Positions 28,038 to 37,840 of a stretch of DNA of 64,000 nt are shown here, one piece after another (the first letter of the stretch is position 1; each line of letters begins with the position of its first letter). The DNA comes from Candidatus Latescibacterota bacterium (GTDB lineage: Bacteria > Latescibacterota > UBA2968): NCBI GenBank assembly GCA_965204745.1, contig OZ242010.1:4672001-4736000 (forward strand). Reading direction: 5' to 3'. The notes beneath the pieces were generated by a model, which worked only from the letters and a program-made list of their open reading frames with translations, made no database searches and was not told where the DNA came from. Both the position numbers and the translations under genes were made by a program.

Positions 28038-29123
28038 ATGGCAGAATACGATACGATTCCCAAGCAGTTGATGCACCTCTACCCGCAAGACCTCATCCGC
28101 TTGGCACTCGGACGCGAGGATGTCGAAATTGAAGTTGAAGAAATCCTCGACACCGAACTCCCCAAGGTGGAAACGCGCCTGGTCGATAGCCTCCTTCGCG
28201 TGCGGATCGATGGCAAGGAAGCCTTGGTTCACATCGAATTTCAAACCGACGACAGCGCGAATATGGCTCGTCGCATGGCTTCCTATATCATCCGTCTCAT
28301 CGAGCAGTATGACTTGCCGGTCTATTCCTTTGTCATCTATCTGCGTCCCAATGCCGGGCGGAGCGATAAGGGATTTTTCCGCCAAGATCATGCCGACTTT
28401 CCCGTGCTGGTGCGCTACAAGGTGATTCGGTTGAGCGAGTTGGACGGGCAGGGCATTCTTGAAGGCGACCAGGCCGGCTTGCTTCCTTTCGCGCCATTGA
28501 TGAAGCCGCCTGTGGGGATGGGTTCCGAGGACTGGTTGCGTGCGTGTGTTCGCAAGGGCGATTCGGTTTCGTTGGATGAGGCAGACAAGGCGAATTATTT
28601 GGGTAGCTTGGCGGTCTTGAGTGGGTTGGCGTATGATCCTGCCACCATCAACCGAATTTTTTCACAGGAGGGTTTTATGGACGCGATTATGCGTGAGTCA
28701 TCGTTTGCCCAGTACCTCGAGAAACAGTTCAAGGAACAGTTTCTCGAGCAGGGAATCGAGCGCGGCATTGAGCAGGGAATCGAGCAGGGAATCGAGCGCG
28801 GCATTGAGCAGGGAATCGAGCAGGGAATCGAGCGCGGCATTGAGCAGGGAATCGAGCAGGGAATCGAGCAGGGAATCGAGCAGGGAATCGAGCGCGGCAT
28901 CGAGCAGGGAATCGAGCGCGGCATCGAGCAGGGAGTCAGAGAACGAGCGGTTGAAGACATCCTCGACGTGTTGGAGATTCGCTTTGATGTGGTCGTTGCC
29001 GGTCAGTTCGCCGCTCGCATTGCGACCATCGACGATTTGCAACGGCTCAAGCGGTTGCATCGTGCGGCGGTGCAAGCGGATGATCTGGCGGCCTTTCAGC
29101 GCGTGTTGGATGCGGAGATCTGA
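28038..29123 (+). CDS. Rpn family (recombination-promoting nuclease / putative transposase, PD-(D/E)XK) protein with 16 E(Q/R)G(I/V) repeats
   Basis: YD...K.L, RLVDSLL, LVHIEFQT, MARRMASY; 12-bp tandem at 28746-28937; SD AGGAGG. Confidence 0.85.
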   Translation: MAEYDTIPKQLMHLYPQDLIRLALGREDVEIEVEEILDTELPKVETRLVDSLLRVRIDGKEALVHIEFQTDDSANMARRMASYIIRLIEQYDLPVYSFVIYLRPNAGRSDKGFFRQDHADFPVLVRYKVIRLSELDGQGILEGDQAGLLPFAPLMKPPVGMGSEDWLRACVRKGDSVSLDEADKANYLGSLAVLSGLAYDPATINRIFSQEGFMDAIMRESSFAQYLEKQFKEQFLEQGIERGIEQGIEQGIERGIEQGIEQGIERGIEQGIEQGIEQGIEQGIERGIEQGIERGIEQGVRERAVEDILDVLEIRFDVVVAGQFAARIATIDDLQRLKRLHRAAVQADDLAAFQRVLDAEI

Positions 29124-29304
29124 CGCGCTTCCCTTAACGATACAAGCCCTCGCATGCTGACCCTGAACGAATCGTTCGGGGCCAGGCTATGCGAGGGCTT
29201 GTGCGTACATAGGACAATGGCGGGCGATAACCGCAGGAGATAAGACGGGGCTAACGCACCCGGCAGGGCGGGGACGAGTTGGGCACGCACTATCGGAGGT
29301 TGTC

Positions 29305-30684
29305 GTGAAATCCTTCAACAAAATTCTCATTGTCGATGACGACCGCGATGTTTTGTTGGCCGCGCAACTGTTTCTCAAACAGCACGCCGAGCGCGTGGAT
29401 ACCGAGGCCGATCCCAACCGGATTCCCCATCTGCTGCAAAATGAGAGCTATGACGTGATCTTACTCGACATGAATTTTGCGCGAGACGCCACGTCGGGCA
29501 AAGAGGGGTTTCACTGGCTGAGTCGCATTCTCGAAATCGATCCGGCGGCGGTGGTCATTCTCATCACGGCGTATGGCGGCGTTGAAACTGCGGTGCAGGC
29601 CATCAAAGAAGGCGCGACCGATTTTGTGCTCAAGCCCTGGCAAAATGAAAAATTGCTCGCCACGCTCTCCGTTGCTGCGCGGTTGCGCCGAACCCAACTC
29701 GAAGTGGATCAGTTGCGCGTGCAACGAGAACAACTCCGCGCGGACCTCGACGGTCAATTTCCCGACATGGTCGGCACGTCGCAGGCCATGCGCGCGGTGT
29801 TTGATGCCATTCAAAAGGTGGGGGCGACGGACGCCAATGTGCTCATCTTGGGTGAAAACGGCACCGGCAAAGATGTCGTTGCCCGCGCTTTGCACCGCCG
29901 GTCTGCCCGCGCCTCAGAGGCGTTTATCCGCGTCGATCTCGGCGCAGTGCCCGAAAGTCTTTTTGAAAGCGAACTCTTTGGACACCAAAAGGGCGCCTTT
30001 ACCGACGCAAAAAAAGACCGTGCAGGGCGGTTTGAAATCGCGTCGGGCGGCACGCTTTTTTTGGATGAAATCGGCAATCTTTCGCTGTCGCTTCAGGCCA
30101 AGTTGCTCACCGCGCTCGAAAACCGCACGGTGACTCGATTGGGGAGCAACCGGACGGTTGCCATCGATGTGCGCTTGATTTGCGCCACCAACCTGGCCAT
30201 TCACGACATGGTCGCCAGCAATGCGTTCCGGCAAGACCTCTTGTATCGCATCAACACGGTTGAAATCCACCTGCCGCCCCTGCGCGACCGCATTGAGGAT
30301 ATTCCCCCGCTCGTCGCCGCGTTTTTGGAAACGCACGGTCGGAAATACAACAAACCGGGCATTGTCATTCAACCCGCAGCATTTGAGCACCTCAAAAATT
30401 ACAACTGGCCGGGCAACATCCGCGAATTGCAACACGCCATTGAACGGGCCGTGATCATGAATGAGAATGGCGTGCTGCAACCGTCCGATTTTCCACTCGG
30501 GGTTTCTGACCCCGGCGCGAGCGGCGGCGATATTCACTTTGACGACTACAATCTCCAGCGCGTGGAAAAGACCGTGATTCGCAAAGCCATTGAAAAACAC
30601 CACGGGAACATCAGCCACGCTGCACGCGAACTCGGGCTCACGCGCAGCGCGCTTTATCGCAGGCTGGAAAAACATGGCCTATAA
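29305..30684 (+). CDS. Sigma54-dependent response regulator (NtrC family: REC-AAA+-HTH)
   Basis: ILIVDDD, LLDMNF, GENGTGKD, ESELFGH.KGAFTDA, WPGNIREL, Fis-type HTH. Confidence 0.95.
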   Translation: MKSFNKILIVDDDRDVLLAAQLFLKQHAERVDTEADPNRIPHLLQNESYDVILLDMNFARDATSGKEGFHWLSRILEIDPAAVVILITAYGGVETAVQAIKEGATDFVLKPWQNEKLLATLSVAARLRRTQLEVDQLRVQREQLRADLDGQFPDMVGTSQAMRAVFDAIQKVGATDANVLILGENGTGKDVVARALHRRSARASEAFIRVDLGAVPESLFESELFGHQKGAFTDAKKDRAGRFEIASGGTLFLDEIGNLSLSLQAKLLTALENRTVTRLGSNRTVAIDVRLICATNLAIHDMVASNAFRQDLLYRINTVEIHLPPLRDRIEDIPPLVAAFLETHGRKYNKPGIVIQPAAFEHLKNYNWPGNIRELQHAIERAVIMNENGVLQPSDFPLGVSDPGASGGDIHFDDYNLQRVEKTVIRKAIEKHHGNISHAARELGLTRSALYRRLEKHGL

Positions 30685-32017
30685 AAACTTTCGCCTGATT
30701 TGTCTGTTGCGCGTGGCCCTGTTGTGCGCCACCATCTACCTTTGCTTTTACCTGTTTTTTGCCACCGAGTACCATGCCACTGTGATCTTGGTCGGCGCGT
30801 GCGCGCTCTATCAGGCATGGGCACTCATCCACTATGTGGAGCGTGCGGACCGCGACCTTGCGCGCTTTTTGCAGGCGATTCGGCATGAGGATTTTTCCCT
30901 GTCTTTTACCGGGGCCGGATTGGGGTCGGCTTATGAGGATCTCAAAAATGCCTTTAATGAGGTTTTGGATGCGTTTCGCAAAACGCGCGCGGAAAGAGAG
31001 GAAAATTTTCAGTATCTCCAGACCGTCGTGCAACATGTGGGCATCGGGCTGATTTGCTACACGCCCGACGGTCGCGTGGAGTTGGTGAACAGCGCGGCGC
31101 AACGCTTGCTCCGCCGGCCCCATCTGCGCGACGTGCGCGAGTTGGAAGGGATCAGCAAGCCCTTTGCCGAGACATTGCTCAAACTCCGCTCGGGCGACAA
31201 GGCCCTGGTCAAGGTGCAGGACGAGGACGAATTGCTCCAGATCATCGTCTATGCCACGGAACTTCGGATGCGGGGCGAATCGTTTATTTTGGCGTCGATT
31301 CAGAATATCCAGAGCGAACTCGAAGAACAGGAAATGGAGGCGTGGCAAAAACTCATCCGCGTTTTGACGCATGAAATCATGAACTCCATCACCCCGATTT
31401 CTTCGCTCGCCTCTACGGTGCGCGGTCTCTTGCCGGATGCGGAGCGGGCCGCGGCAGTCGATTCCGAAACCCTGTCCGATGTTCATGTGGCTCTGCAAAC
31501 CATTCAGTCGCGCAGCGAGGGCCTGCTCCACTTTGTCGAAACCTATCGCCAACTCACGCGCATCCCGCGCCCGGATTTTCAAATTTTTCAGATCGCCGAA
31601 CTCTTTGCCCGGGTTGTTTTTCTGATGCAGGCCGAATGCGACGAGCACAATGTGGGCGTTCACACGGCCATCACCCCCCAAACCCTCGAACTCACTGCGG
31701 ATCCGGATCTCGTGGAACAGGTGTTGATCAACTTGATGCGGAATGCGGTGCAAGCCCTTGCAGGTCGCCCCGATGCCCGCGTGGATCTCACGGCCCACCT
31801 CGATGATCGCGGGCATGTGATTATCCGCGTGCGGGACAATGGCCCCGGGATTTTGGAAGATGTGCAAGAGCACGTCTTCATCCCCTTTTTCACCACCAAA
31901 CGCGATGGGTCGGGCATTGGCCTTGCCCTGTCCCGCCAGCTCATGCGCGTGCATCGCGGCAACATCCGCGTGCAATCCAAGCCAGAAGAAGAGACCGCGT
32001 TTATCCTGCGGTTCTGA
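30674..32017 (+). CDS. Sensor histidine kinase (NtrY-like, PAS)
   Basis: LTHEIMNSITPI H-box, NLMRNA, DNGPG, FFTTK, GSGIGL. Confidence 0.92.
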   Translation: MAYKNFRLICLLRVALLCATIYLCFYLFFATEYHATVILVGACALYQAWALIHYVERADRDLARFLQAIRHEDFSLSFTGAGLGSAYEDLKNAFNEVLDAFRKTRAEREENFQYLQTVVQHVGIGLICYTPDGRVELVNSAAQRLLRRPHLRDVRELEGISKPFAETLLKLRSGDKALVKVQDEDELLQIIVYATELRMRGESFILASIQNIQSELEEQEMEAWQKLIRVLTHEIMNSITPISSLASTVRGLLPDAERAAAVDSETLSDVHVALQTIQSRSEGLLHFVETYRQLTRIPRPDFQIFQIAELFARVVFLMQAECDEHNVGVHTAITPQTLELTADPDLVEQVLINLMRNAVQALAGRPDARVDLTAHLDDRGHVIIRVRDNGPGILEDVQEHVFIPFFTTKRDGSGIGLALSRQLMRVHRGNIRVQSKPEEETAFILRF

Positions 32018-32034
32018 GTGAAGGAGGAAGTGAC

Positions 32035-32325
32035 GTGCGGTTTCAAGGCAAAATTTATCGGAACGGAAAATTTTGCCTTGCGGAAATCCCAATTCTCGAC
32101 GCGATGACGCAGGGATATACGCGAGAAGAAGCATATCGCATGGTCAAAGATCTGCTGGAAACACTGGTCAACCGCCCGGATTTTTCCGTTGAAATTCACC
32201 GCGCAAAACGCGGCAATTTCGAGGTCAGTGCCTCAGATATGTGCGCTATGATCAGCCTGATGCTTCGGCGTCAGCGCGAGGATAGAGCTTGCCCGCGTTC
32301 ATCGCAAAGTAGCGAATCAGCGTGA
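32035..32325 (+). pseudogene. HicB-like antitoxin, apparently truncated before its HTH; no hicA adjacent
   Basis: LAEIPILDAMTQGYTREEA is HicB-like; recognisable similarity appears to end at LRRQRE; SD AGGAGG. Confidence 0.55.
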
Positions 32326-32726
32326 AAACTATCATTGGCAACTTGCGAATGAATAATGCGTTTGGTCCTACAGCCTCATTGGTTGCCTCCGATGCCTTCG
32401 GCGACTTACTTTTTTTCAACAGCAAAAAAAGTAAGCAAAAAATGCCGCTCTCAAACGCCGAGGGGCTTGCACAGCGCAAAACGCTTTTGTAACAGAACGA
32501 CATGCGTCAGCCTGCAAAGTGGATTGCTAGATGGATGTTGGTTGCGAGACGGACTTGCGCGCTGTGCGTTATGGCTTGATAGGAGGGGGTTTTGCGAGAG
32601 CACTTGTTGGGATGTCTTCTTTGAACTGCGGAACGTCAGGGCTTGATTTTCTTGTCTTCATTCTCTGCTCTGATTATTATCGCGAGGAAATAACGCACGC
32701 GATTGCCAAGTGATTTCGAGGATGCT

Positions 32727-34028
32727 ATGACGCCTAATATTTTGTTTATCCACGTCGATCAGATGCACGCCGATGCGGTTTCTGCGCTCGGGTGCGAACA
32801 TTTGCATACGCCTGCGATTGATCGGCTCGTGCGGGAGGGCTATGCGTTTACCAAAGCCTATTGCGCCATGCCCCAGTGTTGTCCGTCTCGGGCGAGTTGG
32901 TACACGGGGCGCATGTCCAAAGAACACGGTGTTGTGGTCAATGCCCATCCCATCGATCCCGATGTTCCGGATCTCGGCCAGTGGTTGCGCCGCGAGAATT
33001 ACGATTGCGTGTACACGGGCAAGTGGCACGTTACGGGACGCGAGTTGCACGCGAGTTTTGACGTGTTGCAACCCCAGCACGGCATGGGGGAACTCAACGA
33101 TGGCAATGTGGCCCGATCCGCGGTTGCGTACCTGAAAAACCGCGCCTCTGACAAACCCTTCTTTTTGAGTGTGGGATTTTTGAACCCGCACGACTGTTGT
33201 TTTCCGGCTATGGCGCACGGCGGCCCGGGCAAGTACGCGTTTGCACCGAAAATTGAAGGCGAGTTACCGCCTTTGCCCGGGAATTTTGACGACGAGTACG
33301 CGCAGCGCGGGCGGCCCAATGTTCGCCAGTGGTCGCGCCGAGACTGGCAGTATTATATTTACCAGTACTACCGCATGGTCGAAATGGTCGATGCGGAAAT
33401 CGGTCGCGTGATGGACGCGCTGCGCGCATCGCCTTACGCGGGGAATACCCTCGTGATTTTTGCGTCTGACCACGGCGATGGCTTGGGCTTTCACAGCAAG
33501 ACGAGCAAAGGCTTCCTCGAAGAAGAAGCCTTTCGCGTGCCCACCCTCGCGTGGTGGCCGGGACAGATTCCCGGCGGCGTGCGGAATGGGGACCACCTCA
33601 TTTCGGGCGTGGATATTGCCGCGACAATATGCGACTATGCCGGCGCGCCGCCCTTGCCCAAGACGACCATTGCGCGCTCTTGGCGGCCCATCTTTGAAGG
33701 GCGCGCCGCGCCGTGGCGCGATTACGTCATCGGCGAGACCTCTGTCGGCCCTCTGTCGGTTGCGGTGCGCGATGCGCGGTACAAAAGCATTATTGAACAG
33801 GAAAACACGCGCCTCTACGATCTCGAGGCCGACCCGCTCGAAACCCGGGATCTCGCTGGCGAAGCGCGCTATGCGGATATCGTGGCGCGCCACCGGGCGC
33901 ATTTTCGCGAATACATCTCGCAGATAGAACTGTACCCCGAACCGGAAACCGGTCGTGGATCTGGGAGACGCGGCAACCTGTATCGAGAATACATCGACTG
34001 GTATCACTCTGTACTCAATGAGGCATGA
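32727..34028 (+). CDS. Sulfatase (Cys-type, formylglycine-dependent)
   Basis: PNILFIHVDQ, CCPSRAS, GKWH, SDHGD, LYDLEADPLE. Confidence 0.92.
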   Translation: MTPNILFIHVDQMHADAVSALGCEHLHTPAIDRLVREGYAFTKAYCAMPQCCPSRASWYTGRMSKEHGVVVNAHPIDPDVPDLGQWLRRENYDCVYTGKWHVTGRELHASFDVLQPQHGMGELNDGNVARSAVAYLKNRASDKPFFLSVGFLNPHDCCFPAMAHGGPGKYAFAPKIEGELPPLPGNFDDEYAQRGRPNVRQWSRRDWQYYIYQYYRMVEMVDAEIGRVMDALRASPYAGNTLVIFASDHGDGLGFHSKTSKGFLEEEAFRVPTLAWWPGQIPGGVRNGDHLISGVDIAATICDYAGAPPLPKTTIARSWRPIFEGRAAPWRDYVIGETSVGPLSVAVRDARYKSIIEQENTRLYDLEADPLETRDLAGEARYADIVARHRAHFREYISQIELYPEPETGRGSGRRGNLYREYIDWYHSVLNEA

Positions 34029-34032
34029 CACT

Positions 34033-34734
34033 ATGGCAATCGACACTTCTACCGGCCCCTATGCCGTCAAGCCCATCCGCGATTTTCTCGGGGATTTCGC
34101 GCCTGTGCAAAAGGCGATAGCGGATGCCGATCAGGCCACGCTGACTTACGATATCCTCAACTGGAACTTCGCGCCCAACCAACCGCCGCCGTGCCCAAAC
34201 AGCGTGTATGGCTCTTTGACCATTCGGCGGGAACAGGGCCAGGTGTATCACGTCCACCAACGGACCCGCATTGGCGGCGAACCGACCTTTTTTAATGCAG
34301 AGATGATTTGCAACGCGGATGACACGCTCGAGTTTTGGACGCTGCACACCTATCGCGCTGATGCCGATGGGGATCCGATTCCGATTTCTGAATTGCGCGA
34401 AAGCTGGACAAATGAAGCCGGGCGCATTCGCTCTCGAGATGGCGCGTATCAATATCGCGCAACGCGGCCGGTTTTCAGCCACTGGGTGCTCCCGCATCTC
34501 TTGTTGAGACGCCCGGTTTCGATGGCGTTTGACATGTTGCAAGACCTTTCCCTTTTTCGGCCCAACCATAAGCTCGTTCCGGATGGGCGCGTGGATCTCC
34601 CCGTCGGCTCTTATGACGTATATGCCCAAACGGGCGAAGGTGTTTTGCCCATCCACTACTTGCTGGACAAAGACCGCCGCCCGCAACTCATTGCGTTTGG
34701 GCTTATCGCTTGGGCATTGCGGGATGTCGCATGA
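34033..34734 (+). CDS. Hypothetical protein
   Basis: Tightly packed ORF between the sulfatase and coaD; no motif recognised. Confidence 0.6.
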   Translation: MAIDTSTGPYAVKPIRDFLGDFAPVQKAIADADQATLTYDILNWNFAPNQPPPCPNSVYGSLTIRREQGQVYHVHQRTRIGGEPTFFNAEMICNADDTLEFWTLHTYRADADGDPIPISELRESWTNEAGRIRSRDGAYQYRATRPVFSHWVLPHLLLRRPVSMAFDMLQDLSLFRPNHKLVPDGRVDLPVGSYDVYAQTGEGVLPIHYLLDKDRRPQLIAFGLIAWALRDVA

Positions 34735-34746
34735 AAGGGAATTTCC

Positions 34747-35235
34747 ATGAAAAAAGCCGTGTACGCCGCCAGTTTTGATCCCGTTACCAACGGCCACCTG
34801 TGGGTTATTCAGCAGGCGGCTCGGCTTTTCGATCAACTCGTCGTCGCCATTGGGATCAATCCGGAAAAGGACTATACTTTTTCCCTGAAAGAACGGCTCG
34901 ACCTGCTAGAGGAAACGACGGCTCAGTTCGACAATGTCACCGTCGCCAGCTACGAGAATCAATTTCTCGTCACGTACGCGCGGGGCATTGGCGCGGATTA
35001 TATCGTGCGCGGCATTCGCACGCAGACCGATTATGAGTTTGAACGCAGGATGCGCTATATCAACAGCGATCTCGACAACAGCATTACCACCATTTTTTTG
35101 ATGCCCCCGCGCGAGATCGCCGAGATCAGTTCCAGTTTTATCAAGGGCTTGGTCGGGCCTGACGGCTGGCGAGATGTGGTGAAACGCTATGTGCCGGAAC
35201 CCGTGTTTCACAAGTTTATCGAGCATTTTGAATAG
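34747..35235 (+). CDS. coaD: Phosphopantetheine adenylyltransferase
   Basis: [18 protein letters not shown]...DYEFE, ISSS. Confidence 0.95.
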   Translation: MKKAVYAASFDPVTNGHLWVIQQAARLFDQLVVAIGINPEKDYTFSLKERLDLLEETTAQFDNVTVASYENQFLVTYARGIGADYIVRGIRTQTDYEFERRMRYINSDLDNSITTIFLMPPREIAEISSSFIKGLVGPDGWRDVVKRYVPEPVFHKFIEHFE

Positions 35236-37615
35236 CCGGCTTGCGCGGGCGTTTCATCAGGGCGGTTTTGAGGACTTGATCCATGTGCGATGCGAATATT
35301 AGTCTGAGGTCCTTGCGCGTGGTGTCGGGGATTTCGCGGGTGTCTTTGCGGTTTGCTTCGGGCAAGATGACGGTTTTCGCGCCTGCTCGGTGTGCTGCCA
35401 ACACTTTGTCGCGGATGCCGCCGATAGGCAACACTTTGCCGCGCAAGGTGATTTCGCCGGTCATCGCCACATCTTTGCGGACGGGCCGGTTGGTGAATAC
35501 CGATGCCAGCACGGTCGCCATGGTAATCCCGGCCGAGGGACCATCCTTGGGCACCGCGCCGGCGGGTACGTGGACGTGTACATCCGCCTTCTCGTTGAAT
35601 TGCGCGTTGAGGTCCAGTTCGTGCCAGCGCGACCGCACGTAGGTCAGTGCGGCATGCGCGGATTCTTTCATCACATCGCCGACCTGCCCGGTCAGATTTA
35701 ACCCGCCCTTGCCGGGCACGACAGACGCCTCGACAAACAGGACATCGCCGCCGGCAGCGGTTACGGCCAGCCCGGCAGCGACTCCGACCTCGTGATCTTC
35801 TTCGGCGACTTCGTAGCGGAACTTTTGTGGCCCCAAGTAGTCGGCCACATTTTTTTGTTGTACGCGCACGCGCCGCTTGCGGCCCTGGGCGAATTTGCGC
35901 GCCACTTTGCGCGCTATGGTTGCGATCTCGCGCTCCAGGTTGCGGACGCCGGCCTCGCGGGTGTGGTACTGAATCACCTCTTGCAGGGCGGCTTTGTCGA
36001 ACGACATGTTTTTTGCGGTCAAGCCGTGTTCTGAAATCTGCCGTTTGACCAGGTACCGGCGCGCGATCTCCAGTTTTTCGACTTCGGTATAGCCCGAAAC
36101 CTCCAACACCTCCATCCTGTCCATCAGCGCAGGGGGAATGGTGTGGAGGGAATTGGCCGTCGCGAGAAACAAGACTTCTGACAGGTCAAAGGCGACGTCC
36201 AAGTAGTGATCCACAAAGGTGTTGTTTTGCGCGGGGTCTAAAACCTCCAACAGGGCGGCCGACGGGTCGCCGCGAAAATCCGCGCCCAATTTGTCGATTT
36301 CATCCAGCATAAACACCGGGTTTTTCGTGCCAGCGCGCCTCAAGCCCTGAATGATGCGCCCGGGCAACGCGCCGATATAGGTGCGGCGGTGCCCGCGGAT
36401 TTCCGATTCATCGCGCACGCCCCCCAAGGACATTCTCACAAATTCGCGGCTGAGTGCTCGGGCCACGGATTTGCCCAGGGAGGTTTTGCCCGTGCCCGGC
36501 GGGCCGACCAGCAACAAAATGGGGCCGCGCATGTCGTTTTTTAAGTGGCGCACGGACAGGTATTCCAAAATGCGCTCTTTGGGTTTTTCCAACCCGTAGT
36601 GGTCCGCATCCAAAACGCGCTCGGCTTTTGTCACGTCCAACTGATCGTCCGTTTTCTTTTGCCACGGGAGTTCGACCAACCAGTCCAGATAGGTGCGCGA
36701 TACGGTGTACTCTGCCGAGGCTTCGGGCATGCGCGCCATGCGATTGAGTTCGCGCTCGGCTTCGGCGCGTGCTTCTTCGGACATGCCCGCGGCTTTGACC
36801 TTTTCGCGCAGGTCTTCTCGTTCGGCCCCCAGGTCTTCGCCTTCGCCGAGTTCATCTCGAATGGCCCGCAGTTGTTGGCGCAGAAAATACTCTTTTTGGG
36901 CATCTTCCATCGACCCCGCGGCTTCCGAACTGATCTTTTCCCGCAATTCCAATATTTCAACTTCGCGGTTTAAGGACTGGTTGATCGCTTCCAAGCGCCG
37001 ATGCAGGTCGCGCTCAGACAGGATTTTTTGTCGTTCTTCAAACCCGATGTTGAGTTGTGAGGCGATAAAATCCGCTTTGTGGGTTATTTCGGAAAGGGCG
37101 TCTAAGGCCGCGCCCACTTCTCGGGGCACGTTGGGGGCGAGGGCTATGGCTTTTTTGAACTGGCCGAATACGTTGCGGGCGAGGGCTTCCAATTCCGTGT
37201 TTTGCTCGACGATAGAGGTCACTTTCTCGACTTGGGCCAGGGGAAAGGGATGCGACTGCAACACGTCTATCAGGGCGAGGCGGGCCATGCCCTGCACGAG
37301 TACCTGCATGCGTCCGTCGGGTGTTTGCGCGGAACGCGCGATGTAGATCGCAGTGCCCACGGGATACAAAAACTCGCGGCGCACGTCTTCCCCGCGTTCT
37401 TCAGCATCGCTCGCTTTGAGTTCTCCGAAAATGGCGATCACTTTGTGCCCGGCGTCTATCGCGTCTTGCGCGGCTTTGATTGCACGCTCGTCTTCCAACA
37501 ACAAGGGCGCGGCCATCAGGGGGTAAATCACCACTTCAGATGTGACCAGCATGGGCAATTCAGAGGGGATGCGATACGCTTCGATTGCGTTCACGCTCGT
37601 TAAGGGGTCTGCCAT
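35216..37615 (-). CDS. lon: ATP-dependent protease La
   Basis: [38 protein letters not shown]; SD AGGAG. Confidence 0.97.
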   Translation of the reverse strand: MADPLTSVNAIEAYRIPSELPMLVTSEVVIYPLMAAPLLLEDERAIKAAQDAIDAGHKVIAIFGELKASDAEERGEDVRREFLYPVGTAIYIARSAQTPDGRMQVLVQGMARLALIDVLQSHPFPLAQVEKVTSIVEQNTELEALARNVFGQFKKAIALAPNVPREVGAALDALSEITHKADFIASQLNIGFEERQKILSERDLHRRLEAINQSLNREVEILELREKISSEAAGSMEDAQKEYFLRQQLRAIRDELGEGEDLGAEREDLREKVKAAGMSEEARAEAERELNRMARMPEASAEYTVSRTYLDWLVELPWQKKTDDQLDVTKAERVLDADHYGLEKPKERILEYLSVRHLKNDMRGPILLLVGPPGTGKTSLGKSVARALSREFVRMSLGGVRDESEIRGHRRTYIGALPGRIIQGLRRAGTKNPVFMLDEIDKLGADFRGDPSAALLEVLDPAQNNTFVDHYLDVAFDLSEVLFLATANSLHTIPPALMDRMEVLEVSGYTEVEKLEIARRYLVKRQISEHGLTAKNMSFDKAALQEVIQYHTREAGVRNLEREIATIARKVARKFAQGRKRRVRVQQKNVADYLGPQKFRYEVAEEDHEVGVAAGLAVTAAGGDVLFVEASVVPGKGGLNLTGQVGDVMKESAHAALTYVRSRWHELDLNAQFNEKADVHVHVPAGAVPKDGPSAGITMATVLASVFTNRPVRKDVAMTGEITLRGKVLPIGGIRDKVLAAHRAGAKTVILPEANRKDTREIPDTTRKDLRLIFASHMDQVLKTALMKRPRKPAIQNAR

Positions 37616-37661
37616 GACATACACTCCTATGGATGGGTATTATCGCAATGGTGCATGTATA

Positions 37662-37677
37662 TGCAACATCCGTGCCG
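37662..37677 (-). promoter_or_regulatory. Putative sigma54 promoter for lon
   Basis: Minus strand CGGCAC-GGATG-TTGCA. Confidence 0.55.
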
Positions 37678-37840
37678 AAAAAACAAAAATTTGGCTAATT
37701 GTTTCATTTACAACAAAATATAAATTTTCGCGCCTAATGTGCGATCCGATCCGCACGCTGGCGTTCGTCAGAATGGCAGTTGGGACAACGCTCTGTATGA
37801 TATTATTTTACGCTGGAAACGCATTGGGAGTTTCGCAATC

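Noticed and set aside
29132-29284. attC site downstream of rpn
   Set aside because: Candidate R boxes (CCTTAAC / GTTGGGC) pair poorly and are not symmetric around the hairpin.
30638-32134. Long antisense ORFs (498 aa here; also 39358-40758, 19243-20538, 37808-38866)
   Set aside because: Shadow frames of well-supported genes in GC-rich DNA, with no motifs.
32330-32700. Possible ncRNA or small ORFs upstream of the sulfatase
   Set aside because: No recognisable structure, motif or convincing ORF.
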